DNA from: Candidatus Micrarchaeota archaeon
GTDB taxonomy: Archaea; Micrarchaeota; Micrarchaeia; Norongarragalinales; UBA8480
Reading direction: 5' to 3'
Length of the DNA stretch: 57,885 nt
Assembly (NCBI GenBank): GCA_021812145.1
Contig: JAKAOM010000004.1
Span: 1 to 57,885 of the forward strand
The position numbers and the translations under genes were made by a program. The first letter of the stretch is position 1. Each line of letters begins with the position of its first letter. Under the pieces are notes generated by a model, which was given only the letters and a program-made list of their open reading frames with translations, was not told the DNA's origin and did no database searches. Shown here in pieces: positions 46,272-55,500 of this stretch.

Positions 46272-49200
46272 ATGGACTTGAAGTCTTTCACCGACAGTTT
46301 AAAGGTGAAGTATGAGGATTTCGTTTCAACCTTGGAGGATAAAGGAGTTCCTCACGCAAGGCTCGTTGTTCCTTTGGTTGCTTTGCTTGTGGTTGCAGGG
46401 CTTGTTTTTGTTGTTTTATCCTCGTCTTCTATCTCTTCATACGGGGTTAAAGTAATCGACTTAAACACTTCAGCTCCCATTCAAGGGGCTAACGTCAGCG
46501 TTTTTTCAAACGGAGTTTTAGTTGCGAGCGGTTTAACCGACTCTAATGGAAACGCTGTTTTTAACCTAACCTCAGGAAGTTACACCATTTCCGCCACTTC
46601 AAGCAATTACCTTTCATCTTCTTCAGTTAAGCTTGTTCCTGGCGCGGTTGTTCAGCTTCAAAGTTCAATTCCTCCTTCTATGAATGTTGTTGTCAGTGTT
46701 TTGCAAAACGGGCAGCCTCAGCTTGGTCAGTTTATAACCCTAAGTTTCAGCGACGGTACTTCTGTCAACGGCAATACTAATATTAATGGAAATGCTTCTA
46801 TTCAAGTTCCTGAAAGTGAGTTGAGTAACGGCGCTACAGTGAGCGTTGACGGTAATTCAATTCCTGTTTCAAGTTCTGCCTTGTCTTCTGGATTGGTTTT
46901 AGTTAATTTGACTTCCTCTTCTCAGCCGTCTGCAATGCTTTACGTCTCTGTTGAAAGCCCTTCAGGAACGCCTGTGGGTGGAGCCCAGGTAAGTGTTTTA
47001 AGCAGTTCCACTCAGAGCGTTTTGGCTAATGGTTTCACCGACTCCACTGGCAGCGCTTCTTTCAACATTAGTGTAGGTTCAAGCGTTTACGTTACCGCTT
47101 CTGCTTCAGGTTATGGTTCTGGTTCTTCTAATAATTTTGTTTTTAATTCTTCTCAAAGAGTGGTTGTTCAGCTTTCAACCGTTTCGGCTTCCAGTAATTT
47201 AACGCTCAGCGTTCTTGATGAGAACAGCAATTTGGTTTCAGGTGCTACCGTAACTGTTTTCACGATGGGAAATAATCAAGTGTTTTCTCAAGCCACTCAA
47301 GGCGCTCCTCTTCAAATTCCATTAGCTTCAGGCGTTTACTACGCCAATGTTCAATACTCTGGTTATCTTCCTGCGATTGTTGAAAACCTTCGGGCTGGAA
47401 TGGTTAAAAGCGTTAGTTTGACTCCTTTAACAACTGGAAATTATGCAAATGTAAGCGTTTTGGTTTTGCAGGATGGAAGCGCTTTGCCAGGAGCCAGCGT
47501 AAGTTTCTACACTTCTGACGGGTTGTTTTTGTTCAACGGTCAAAGCGACGGCAATGGAATGGTTGAGGCTGCACTGCCTTTGACTCTTAACAGCCAGCCT
47601 TACAGTTTTTACGTGAACGGTTCTTATAACTCTCTTTTAGGGGAAAGTGATGTTTTTCAAATAGGAAACGACAATGTTTCCCTTCCGCTTTCAGCCCCTC
47701 CAGCCCAGTTGAAGGTAAGCATTGTTGATTTTGCTTCCAAAGCAGCGGTAACGGGGTTTGTCAACGTGGTGGTTGGAGGCAATATTATTAACACTTGCAA
47801 TGGCACTTCTTGCGTTTTGAACGTTCCTGGCGGTTCTGCTTTTAACTTGAACGTTCAAGCTTCAGGCTACCTTCCTTTCACTTCAAGCGTTTTAACTTAC
47901 GCTTCTGGCAGTTTGAATTCTTTGACTGTTCCTCTTTACCCGCTTGGCTTGGTTTCAGGCGCCAGCGCGAGTTTCGTAGGTTTGTACGATTCTAATGGGA
48001 ACAGGGTTTTGCAGGTTGTCAATGGAATGACTTACGACGCCAGGTTTTTGGTGAACATGCCTGAAAGCGTGCAAAGCGCTGGGTTTTACGTTAGGGTTGG
48101 AGAGGAGGGAAATTCTTCAACCGACCCTGCTTTCATAACAGGCTACACTCCTGCTTCTTTCATTCAAACAGGCAGCGTTTATCCTCAGGACTGCACTTCT
48201 GGCGACAACCCTTCAAGCCAGGCGAAGTGGCTTTTATGGAGCTTCCCTCAGGGTTTTACAGGAAGCAAGGAGGTGGATGTTAGGATTCAGTTAAGCCTTA
48301 ACTCTTCAGCTTCCACTCCTATTGTTTTGTACTACAAGGCTTTCGGTCAGCTTTCCAATGGCTTGAGCGTTTACTCGCCTGTGAATACTGCTTTAACTCA
48401 GGGGAATTTCAGTCTTTCAGCCGCGTGCAATTCAACTGATTTTTCTCAAACTCTTCCTTTCTCTTCAAATCCTTTGACTTGCAGCGTTATTAACAATCAC
48501 GAGTTTTGCTATTCGATGAGTTTTTCAAGCAACGGCTTCAGCAGTTTGAACTTCAACCCTACCTTAGGTCAGCAGTTTCAGGTTAACTTGAATGTTTTAA
48601 GCGACGTGGGCATCAACGGTTTGACTTTGTACGCGCCTAACTTTAAAATTTCCCAGAACAGCTTCTCTCCTGCTAGTTCTTCCTCATCTAAATTCTCGGA
48701 AAACAACTTTCTGAGTTTTCAATCATCCGACCTGTCTAGTTTGACGGCAAGCTCCACTGATATTGGAAGTCTTCTACAAAACTCCCAGTCATCCACTCAA
48801 TCTGTTGGAACTTTGATTCCATTCGCCGCCAACGCAAACCAGCTTTCCACCCTTTCCCTATCTTTAACTCCTATAACACCTACTGTTTACGCGCCTCTTT
48901 CTTTCAACTTCCAGGCTGATGACGGTTCGCAGCTTAGCTTTTCTCAAAACTTAAACATTCAAGGCACTGGAACGCTTAACGTTCAGGTTTCTCCCAATTC
49001 CTGGACTGCGCCTGGAAACATAAAAGGAAAAATGACCATAACAGATGGTTTCGGCAATCCTGTGAGCGACGCTACCGTTTCTCTTACCGAGTGCTACGGA
49101 AGTCCTTTTAACGGCAATCCGCCAGCGGTCAACAGTCAAGGAAATGGTGTTTACTCTTTCCAGGGCCAGTTGTTCGGAGGAGGAATTGTTGGAGTTTCAG

Positions 49201-52200
49201 TGCAGGATCAAGGGTTTAAAAATTACGATTCCTGCAGCGTGCCTGTTCAGGAGCAGAGTTTTCTAAGCGTAAACCCTTCCAGCCTTACTTTTTCAGGCGA
49301 TTCGCTGAATCCAATCAGCCAGCAGGTGACTGTTTCAAATCTTTTGAACAATCCTGTAAAAGTCAGCGCTATTGTTAATTGTTATTCGGGAAGCAATATT
49401 TTTTCAGCAATTCCGCCTTATCTTACTCTGCCTGCCAGCGGTTCGAATCAAATAGCGGTTAACGTGGTTCAAAATTCAAGCGGTAACGCTCAATGCGTTT
49501 TAGATGTGGTTGGTGTTGACGGCAATTCAAGAGATTCCGAGCAGGTGCAGCTTTCTGGAAGTGTTTCCTGCCCTGAATGCGTTTTAAACCAGCAGATCGC
49601 TTATGAGTTGAGCAATCTTCCTTCAATGATAGCGCTTTACCCTGCAGGCCCTCAAACCGTTGGGCAGACTGTTTACGGCTTTAATTCAATTCCGGTAAAT
49701 TTCCCTACCGTTCCCACTTGCTCTTTGAGTTTGACTCAAGGAGGAGGCGCGTTTCCCTTCTCAGGAAGCATGTATCCAGGCGTTGCGATTAGTCCTACTG
49801 GAAGTCAGCTTGTGCAGTACGGCTGTCAAACTTGCAGTTCCAATGGCGATGGGAGTTTCAACTGCAATAATTGCCAGAGTGGGTATCCTTCTGCTTTCAG
49901 TTGCGAGATTTGCCAGCCTTCTGAAAATTACCTTCCTTCCACTTACCAAAACAATCTTTACAACAGCAATCCAGGTTACTTGGTTTTGTGGCCTAGCGCT
50001 TCATGCAGCTCTTGCATTTCAGGCGGAACTGTTGGAGTGGTTGCTTCAGGCGTTGCCAGCACTAACGGGTTGATTTCGCTTCCTGTTTCCCAGCAGCAGT
50101 TTTTCGGCAATGTTTTTTCAGGTAATAATATTGGAATGTCCGGCATGTTTGGAATTGGCGGAATGTTCGGCCAGCAGGGGCAGGCTAGCTGCACTGCAAA
50201 CCAAATTCAGGTTTCAGCTGCTTTGAACCCTTACAATTCAATCTCAGGGACTTTAACCTTGACTTTTTCGAACGGCATGACTGCGCAGATTCCTGTGGTG
50301 GGTCCTGCGGCAGGAATTCTTGGCTTCAGTCAAATTGCCAACGCCACTCCTCAGGAGAACTGCAACTTCCCGAATCTTTTCACCGTTAATCTTTACAGCA
50401 ATCTTTCAGAGCAAAATTCAACCACTGCTAATATTAATAACAATTGCAATATACAGGATAGTAATATTAACAATTATTATTTTCAAGGAAATCCTTTGAA
50501 TGGTAATTTTGGATGTAAATTTTCTGAATCCAACAATGTTTTAAGCGTTCAGAATTGCGATTTTTCAAGTTCTTCTGACGTTGCTAGCTATTATATAAAT
50601 AAAGGTAATGTGGATGATTTAAACGCATCTTCAACGATTGGAGTTGCAAAGCAGGGACAAAAGAAATATAATGTAAGCGTTAAATTTACTATAGGTAATT
50701 TAGATTATCATCTTAATGTCTTTAATGATTCAGACGCTTTACACAAAGATTATTGTGGAGGTGTTTTAGATTGTCCTGCCTCTGACAGTAATGGAAAGCC
50801 ATTTCTTAACGTGAGTTATGGTTTCCCTCAAGTAGCCAATTCTCAGCAGAAGTTTGTCACTTCTACTTTCAATGGGCAGACGAGTTCTTATGCAGTTAAT
50901 GATTTACAGGGTTATTTGTCAATTCCTGTAACCACCCCTATAACTCAAGGTTCTGTTTATAACCTTGGTTTGAATGTCACTCAGGGCAGCACCAGTTCAA
51001 GAATTACGACTTGCGCTGTTACTGTAAATCCTTGCTCGTCATCACCTACTCCTATCCCAAGTCAACCTTCTTGTACTTTAAGTCAAACGTCAATCAAGAG
51101 CGGAAGTACTGAAAATGTAAATGTTAATGCATTGGTTTCACTAACCACTAATCCAGCTTCAGTTATTATCAATTGTGGAAACCAGCAGTCAGTAACTGCA
51201 AATTGTGCTCTTACTAAAAACAATAATCTTTATCAGGGAACATGCAGTGGAATGTGTTCTTATACTCTTACTTCTAATTCACAAACATACTCTATAAACT
51301 CAGCTCCTGGCGGTGGCGCTACCTGCGCTCCTTTATCCATTAATCTTAATAGCAATGGACTACAGCCTAATCCTTCAACATATACTCTTGCGTTTTACCA
51401 GCAGTTCGATGTTGGTGATTTTAAGAACAATCTTTTCAGTCTGCTTTCAACCAGCCAGCTGACAGCAGGTGATAATGGACGCGGTTATGTTTTATTAACT
51501 CCTTCCACTAAATTTGTTGTCTACTCAACTAATCCAGCCATAAATGCTATTGCATTAGTTCCTGCGTCAGATTCAACTATTCCCTCCTCTGATTGTTCAA
51601 GCAACCAATATTTAAATTGCTGGAATAAGTTCAATGGTGGTTTTATTTACATACCTGCTTACAACATATTTAGTGGGCCTGTGTCGTCATCATACAGTAT
51701 TCTTCCTTCAACCTATGAATACCCTTCAAATCAGGCGTTCAATATATTAATAAAAGAAAATAGTGGTTACCTATATATTTCTAGTTTAGGCGGTAATAAT
51801 GGATATACTACCTCAAATTCAGCTCCTGGAAATTTGAATGGTGTTTTGGTTATAAGTCCTGATTATTTAGGTGGGACAACAGGGGTAATAAACGGAAATA
51901 GTAAGAATTATAATATTTATTCAAGTTGCGCTACCCCTTCAGCTAATTCAATAGGAAATGTTTGGGTTTTTAAAACAACTGCTGACAGTTCGCTTAACTT
52001 ACAAAACTATGTCCCTGGCTCTTTTGACATAATTTCAACTAATAGTGGAAGCCTTAAAACTTCCCAAGGTCAAAACGTTTATTTATATGGTTGTTTACAG
52101 TCAGGGCAGTCTGGAAATGCAGTTGCTATAACCTCAAACATACAGAATCTTTTCAGTGTTAATCCGCTTATAACTTCAAATTCTTTACATAAAAACAGCG

Positions 52201-52388
52201 AAGGCAGTTATGAATTCTTCCAACAATTAAGCATGTCACTTCCATCAAATGGAATTGTTGAGTTTAATCTCAAGTTAACTCCAAGTGGTTCGTCTCGTTA
52301 TTACTGTCATGCGTGGCCAGTAGTACTCGAAAATTGCGACGGAATTAGTAAGGATAGTTCTATACCGCAGCAATTGTCCGTTTCTTAA
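46272..52388 (+). CDS. Giant N-anchored cell-surface protein (2038 aa) with carboxypeptidase-regulatory-like/Ig-like beta repeats
   Basis: N-terminal TM helix; repeats such as V.D..G.P..GA.V......G.TD..G.A.F.....Y...A..Y; Ser/Asn/Val/Gly-rich; many sequons; no C-terminal TM. Confidence 0.85.
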   Translation: MDLKSFTDSLKVKYEDFVSTLEDKGVPHARLVVPLVALLVVAGLVFVVLSSSSISSYGVKVIDLNTSAPIQGANVSVFSNGVLVASGLTDSNGNAVFNLTSGSYTISATSSNYLSSSSVKLVPGAVVQLQSSIPPSMNVVVSVLQNGQPQLGQFITLSFSDGTSVNGNTNINGNASIQVPESELSNGATVSVDGNSIPVSSSALSSGLVLVNLTSSSQPSAMLYVSVESPSGTPVGGAQVSVLSSSTQSVLANGFTDSTGSASFNISVGSSVYVTASASGYGSGSSNNFVFNSSQRVVVQLSTVSASSNLTLSVLDENSNLVSGATVTVFTMGNNQVFSQATQGAPLQIPLASGVYYANVQYSGYLPAIVENLRAGMVKSVSLTPLTTGNYANVSVLVLQDGSALPGASVSFYTSDGLFLFNGQSDGNGMVEAALPLTLNSQPYSFYVNGSYNSLLGESDVFQIGNDNVSLPLSAPPAQLKVSIVDFASKAAVTGFVNVVVGGNIINTCNGTSCVLNVPGGSAFNLNVQASGYLPFTSSVLTYASGSLNSLTVPLYPLGLVSGASASFVGLYDSNGNRVLQVVNGMTYDARFLVNMPESVQSAGFYVRVGEEGNSSTDPAFITGYTPASFIQTGSVYPQDCTSGDNPSSQAKWLLWSFPQGFTGSKEVDVRIQLSLNSSASTPIVLYYKAFGQLSNGLSVYSPVNTALTQGNFSLSAACNSTDFSQTLPFSSNPLTCSVINNHEFCYSMSFSSNGFSSLNFNPTLGQQFQVNLNVLSDVGINGLTLYAPNFKISQNSFSPASSSSSKFSENNFLSFQSSDLSSLTASSTDIGSLLQNSQSSTQSVGTLIPFAANANQLSTLSLSLTPITPTVYAPLSFNFQADDGSQLSFSQNLNIQGTGTLNVQVSPNSWTAPGNIKGKMTITDGFGNPVSDATVSLTECYGSPFNGNPPAVNSQGNGVYSFQGQLFGGGIVGVSVQDQGFKNYDSCSVPVQEQSFLSVNPSSLTFSGDSLNPISQQVTVSNLLNNPVKVSAIVNCYSGSNIFSAIPPYLTLPASGSNQIAVNVVQNSSGNAQCVLDVVGVDGNSRDSEQVQLSGSVSCPECVLNQQIAYELSNLPSMIALYPAGPQTVGQTVYGFNSIPVNFPTVPTCSLSLTQGGGAFPFSGSMYPGVAISPTGSQLVQYGCQTCSSNGDGSFNCNNCQSGYPSAFSCEICQPSENYLPSTYQNNLYNSNPGYLVLWPSASCSSCISGGTVGVVASGVASTNGLISLPVSQQQFFGNVFSGNNIGMSGMFGIGGMFGQQGQASCTANQIQVSAALNPYNSISGTLTLTFSNGMTAQIPVVGPAAGILGFSQIANATPQENCNFPNLFTVNLYSNLSEQNSTTANINNNCNIQDSNINNYYFQGNPLNGNFGCKFSESNNVLSVQNCDFSSSSDVASYYINKGNVDDLNASSTIGVAKQGQKKYNVSVKFTIGNLDYHLNVFNDSDALHKDYCGGVLDCPASDSNGKPFLNVSYGFPQVANSQQKFVTSTFNGQTSSYAVNDLQGYLSIPVTTPITQGSVYNLGLNVTQGSTSSRITTCAVTVNPCSSSPTPIPSQPSCTLSQTSIKSGSTENVNVNALVSLTTNPASVIINCGNQQSVTANCALTKNNNLYQGTCSGMCSYTLTSNSQTYSINSAPGGGATCAPLSINLNSNGLQPNPSTYTLAFYQQFDVGDFKNNLFSLLSTSQLTAGDNGRGYVLLTPSTKFVVYSTNPAINAIALVPASDSTIPSSDCSSNQYLNCWNKFNGGFIYIPAYNIFSGPVSSSYSILPSTYEYPSNQAFNILIKENSGYLYISSLGGNNGYTTSNSAPGNLNGVLVISPDYLGGTTGVINGNSKNYNIYSSCATPSANSIGNVWVFKTTADSSLNLQNYVPGSFDIISTNSGSLKTSQGQNVYLYGCLQSGQSGNAVAITSNIQNLFSVNPLITSNSLHKNSEGSYEFFQQLSMSLPSNGIVEFNLKLTPSGSSRYYCHAWPVVLENCDGISKDSSIPQQLSVS

Positions 52389-52509
52389 TTTAAGCTTTGT
52401 TATATTCTGAATCATTATTTTTTATGCTTTGTTTATTTGTACTTGCTTTTTTGCTTTCAAATGGTTTAAAGAGTAGGTTTTTTAAGTTTGCTTATTTAAA
52501 AATTAAGTG

Positions 52510-55500
52510 ATGGCTTCTTTAAAGGATTGGTATTACGCGGTCGAGGACAAATACTATGATTTGATGGACTCGGTTGAAGAGAAAACCCATGTTTACGAAT
52601 GGTTTGTCAATCCGTTGGAGGATAAGGGTGTTCCGAGTTTTCCTGTTTTCGTTTTAGTTATTTTGGCGTTGATTGCAGTAATTGCCTTTCTTGTTTCAAG
52701 CTTTTTGGTTCCTTCTCAGACTTCAATGCAGTTGAGCGTGCTGTCCAGCGTTGGACCTACTCCTATTCCAAACGCTACTGTTTCTGTTGCTTTCGGAAGC
52801 CAGGTTTTGAGCAATCAGACTGACGCTAACGGAAACGTGAGTTTTCAGGTTCCCGCCAACACACAAGTTAGAGTTTCTGTAAGCGCTAATGGCTTTAATC
52901 CTTTCAGCGAGGAAGTATCCACCTCCTCTCAGTCCATAACCCTTCCCTCAGCTATAACCCTAAGCTTTGCTTCCTTGTCTACTCAGGAGTTTTTGTTTAA
53001 CGTGGTTGATCAGAATGGCAATCCTTTGAGCGGGGCGAGCGTGGTTGTTAATATTTTGAGTGGGGGAAGTGCTTTGACAGGGTTGACTGATTCTAGCGGG
53101 CACGTTGTTTTCAACGTCACTGAGAACAGCATTTTGACTTATACTGTTTCACTTGCGGGTTATGTTCAGGCTTCTGGCAGCGTAGCCAGCAGTTCTTTTA
53201 ATCAGACTGTTTCTTTGGCAGCTTCAAGTACTGTTTCTGTCACTCAGGGTGGGTCGCAACTGTCTGACGGAGAGGTTTTTGTAAACGTTAACGATTCTAA
53301 TGGGAATCAGGCATTTGGAACGGTTGATGTTTACGACGCTGTCAGCAACAAGCTTTTGCAGTCCGACACTGAGAATGGTAGTTTTTCTTTCAACGTTACT
53401 TTAGGGGAGAGTGTTTACGTTACTTTCAGCGGCAATGGCTTTGTTCCTCAGACGAGCAGCCCTCAGACTGTTTCCAGCGAGAATTTTTTCACTTTAACCG
53501 CGATTCAGGCTACTCCTTCCACTTCTGAAAACATTACTGCGAGCGTGGTTGATCAGAATGGCAATCCTTTGAGCGGGGTTGAAGTTCAGCTTTTTCAAGG
53601 CGGTTCCGTTCTTGAGAGCGATTCGACTGATTCATCGGGAAGCGTTGTTTTCACTGTTTCCAAAAGCGTTGGGTTGAATTCTCTTTACTTGACAGGCTAT
53701 CTTCCAGGTTATCTTCCTGCTCAGATTACTAGCGTTTCTTTGAGCAATAATCTTGTTTTGAACCAGCTCTTGGTCGGCGGTTACGGAAGCGTTAACGTTA
53801 ACGTGGTTGACGCTGGAGGCAACCCGGTGGTTAACGGCAATGTTAATTTTTACACTGCTTCAGGATTGAATTTAGGGGTTTACCCTGTGCTTCAAACCGA
53901 CACTAATGGGAATGTTAATTTTCAGGGTTTGCCTGTCAACGTTTCTCTGATTGTTAAAGCTTCTTATAACGGAGCTTTCGGTTCAAGCGATGCGTTTACT
54001 CTGAACGGTGGTGAAAATACAAGCGTAAACATTCAGCTTTCAAGGCCTTTGGCTGAAGTCACTGTCAACGCTGTTGATTTGGTTTCTAAAAAGCCTTTGG
54101 CCGGAGCTAGCGTGCTTGTTTCAACTCTCCAGCAAAACCTGCCTGTGGAAAACTGCACCACCAACAGTCAAGGAGTTTGCGTTTTGAACAGCGTTTGGGC
54201 TGACGGCACTCAGCTTGTTTTCACTTCTTCCTTAAACGGTTACGCTCCCTACACTTCCGCTCCAATAGCGTTCAATCCTTTGAGCAGCAATGTAGAGAAT
54301 ATCAACATGGTTTCTAACGCTTTCAACAATCAAACACTAGTCGTTTTTAACGGTGTTACTGATTTGAACGGGAATACGGTAACCAGCTTAACTCAGGGTG
54401 GTTTCTATATTTTTCACTTCACAGCTTCTTTCGTTAATTCAAGCCAGCAGGAGAGTCTGATGTTCAGGGTAGGGGATCAAAGCACTGTAAGCAATGAAAG
54501 CGCTTACCTTTCAAGCTTTTCATATTCTCCTTCAATCGTCCAGCCGCAAGTGGTTGAAAGTTCAAGCTACAATCCTTCTGGCGATTGCAGCCAGGATGTT
54601 CTTAGCACTCCTACCAATGGAGAGGGGAAGTGGGTTAAAATAACCTATTCTGGTTTGAGCGGTACAGCCGAGCTGAACCCGATTGTTTTTGTAAACCCAA
54701 ACACTGCTGGTCAGACTGTTAATTTCTATTATCGCGCTTCAAGCGTTGTAAACGGGATTTATTCAAGAGACCCCTTCGATACAACCTTAAACTATTCTCA
54801 GAAAACCCAGAGCCTGGATTCTTGCTACGCTAATTCCCATAAATTGTCTTTCAATGTTATTCAGGGATCTAACTACTGCAATGCTCAGGGCACTGCGTGC
54901 GTTCAGCTTTTGTTCAATGGAAATCCAAGTCCTTTCACTGGCTTGCTTAACCAGCCTTTCAATGTTAGCTACAAGCTTTCGAATTTCGGGCCTGTTGACG
55001 CTCAAAGCGCTTATGTTTTAGTTAAAAGCTTGGGAAATAATATTCTGTTTAACAGTTACTCCGGCGATGGTAGCGCTTCCATTCCTCAAAGCGGGGCTTT
55101 TTCAGCAAAGGTTTTGCTTGGAAGCTCTTCTGAAAACTATTCCGGCAGTTTCGCTTCAGTGGGAGTGCTTCCTGTTTCAGGCAGTCAGGTTTACTTTGAG
55201 TTCGGTGATACCAGAGGAGCTATTTTATCTTCCAAAGGCTTTGTTTCTACCACTGGAAATGACGGTTTGAATGTTCAGGTCTCTTCAGGCAACTTCACTG
55301 TTGGAACTAAGCAGACTTTAACCGTTCTTGTAACCAGTGTTTCTAATAATCAGCCTATAACTGACGCTACCGTGTCATTGAACGAGCTGCAGGGCACTGT
55401 CTTTAATGGAAACCCTACCTCTCCTGTTGTTGGTGACGGGGGGCCTGGAAGCGGAGAGAATGGAAAGTATGTTTTTAACAATTTGATAACCCTGGGGCCT

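Noticed and set aside
53001..53578. 35-bp repeat as a CRISPR repeat or a DGR template/variable pair
   Set aside because: There are only two copies, 543 bp apart and in frame inside a CDS, with no adenine-specific mismatches and no cas or reverse transcriptase gene in the window.
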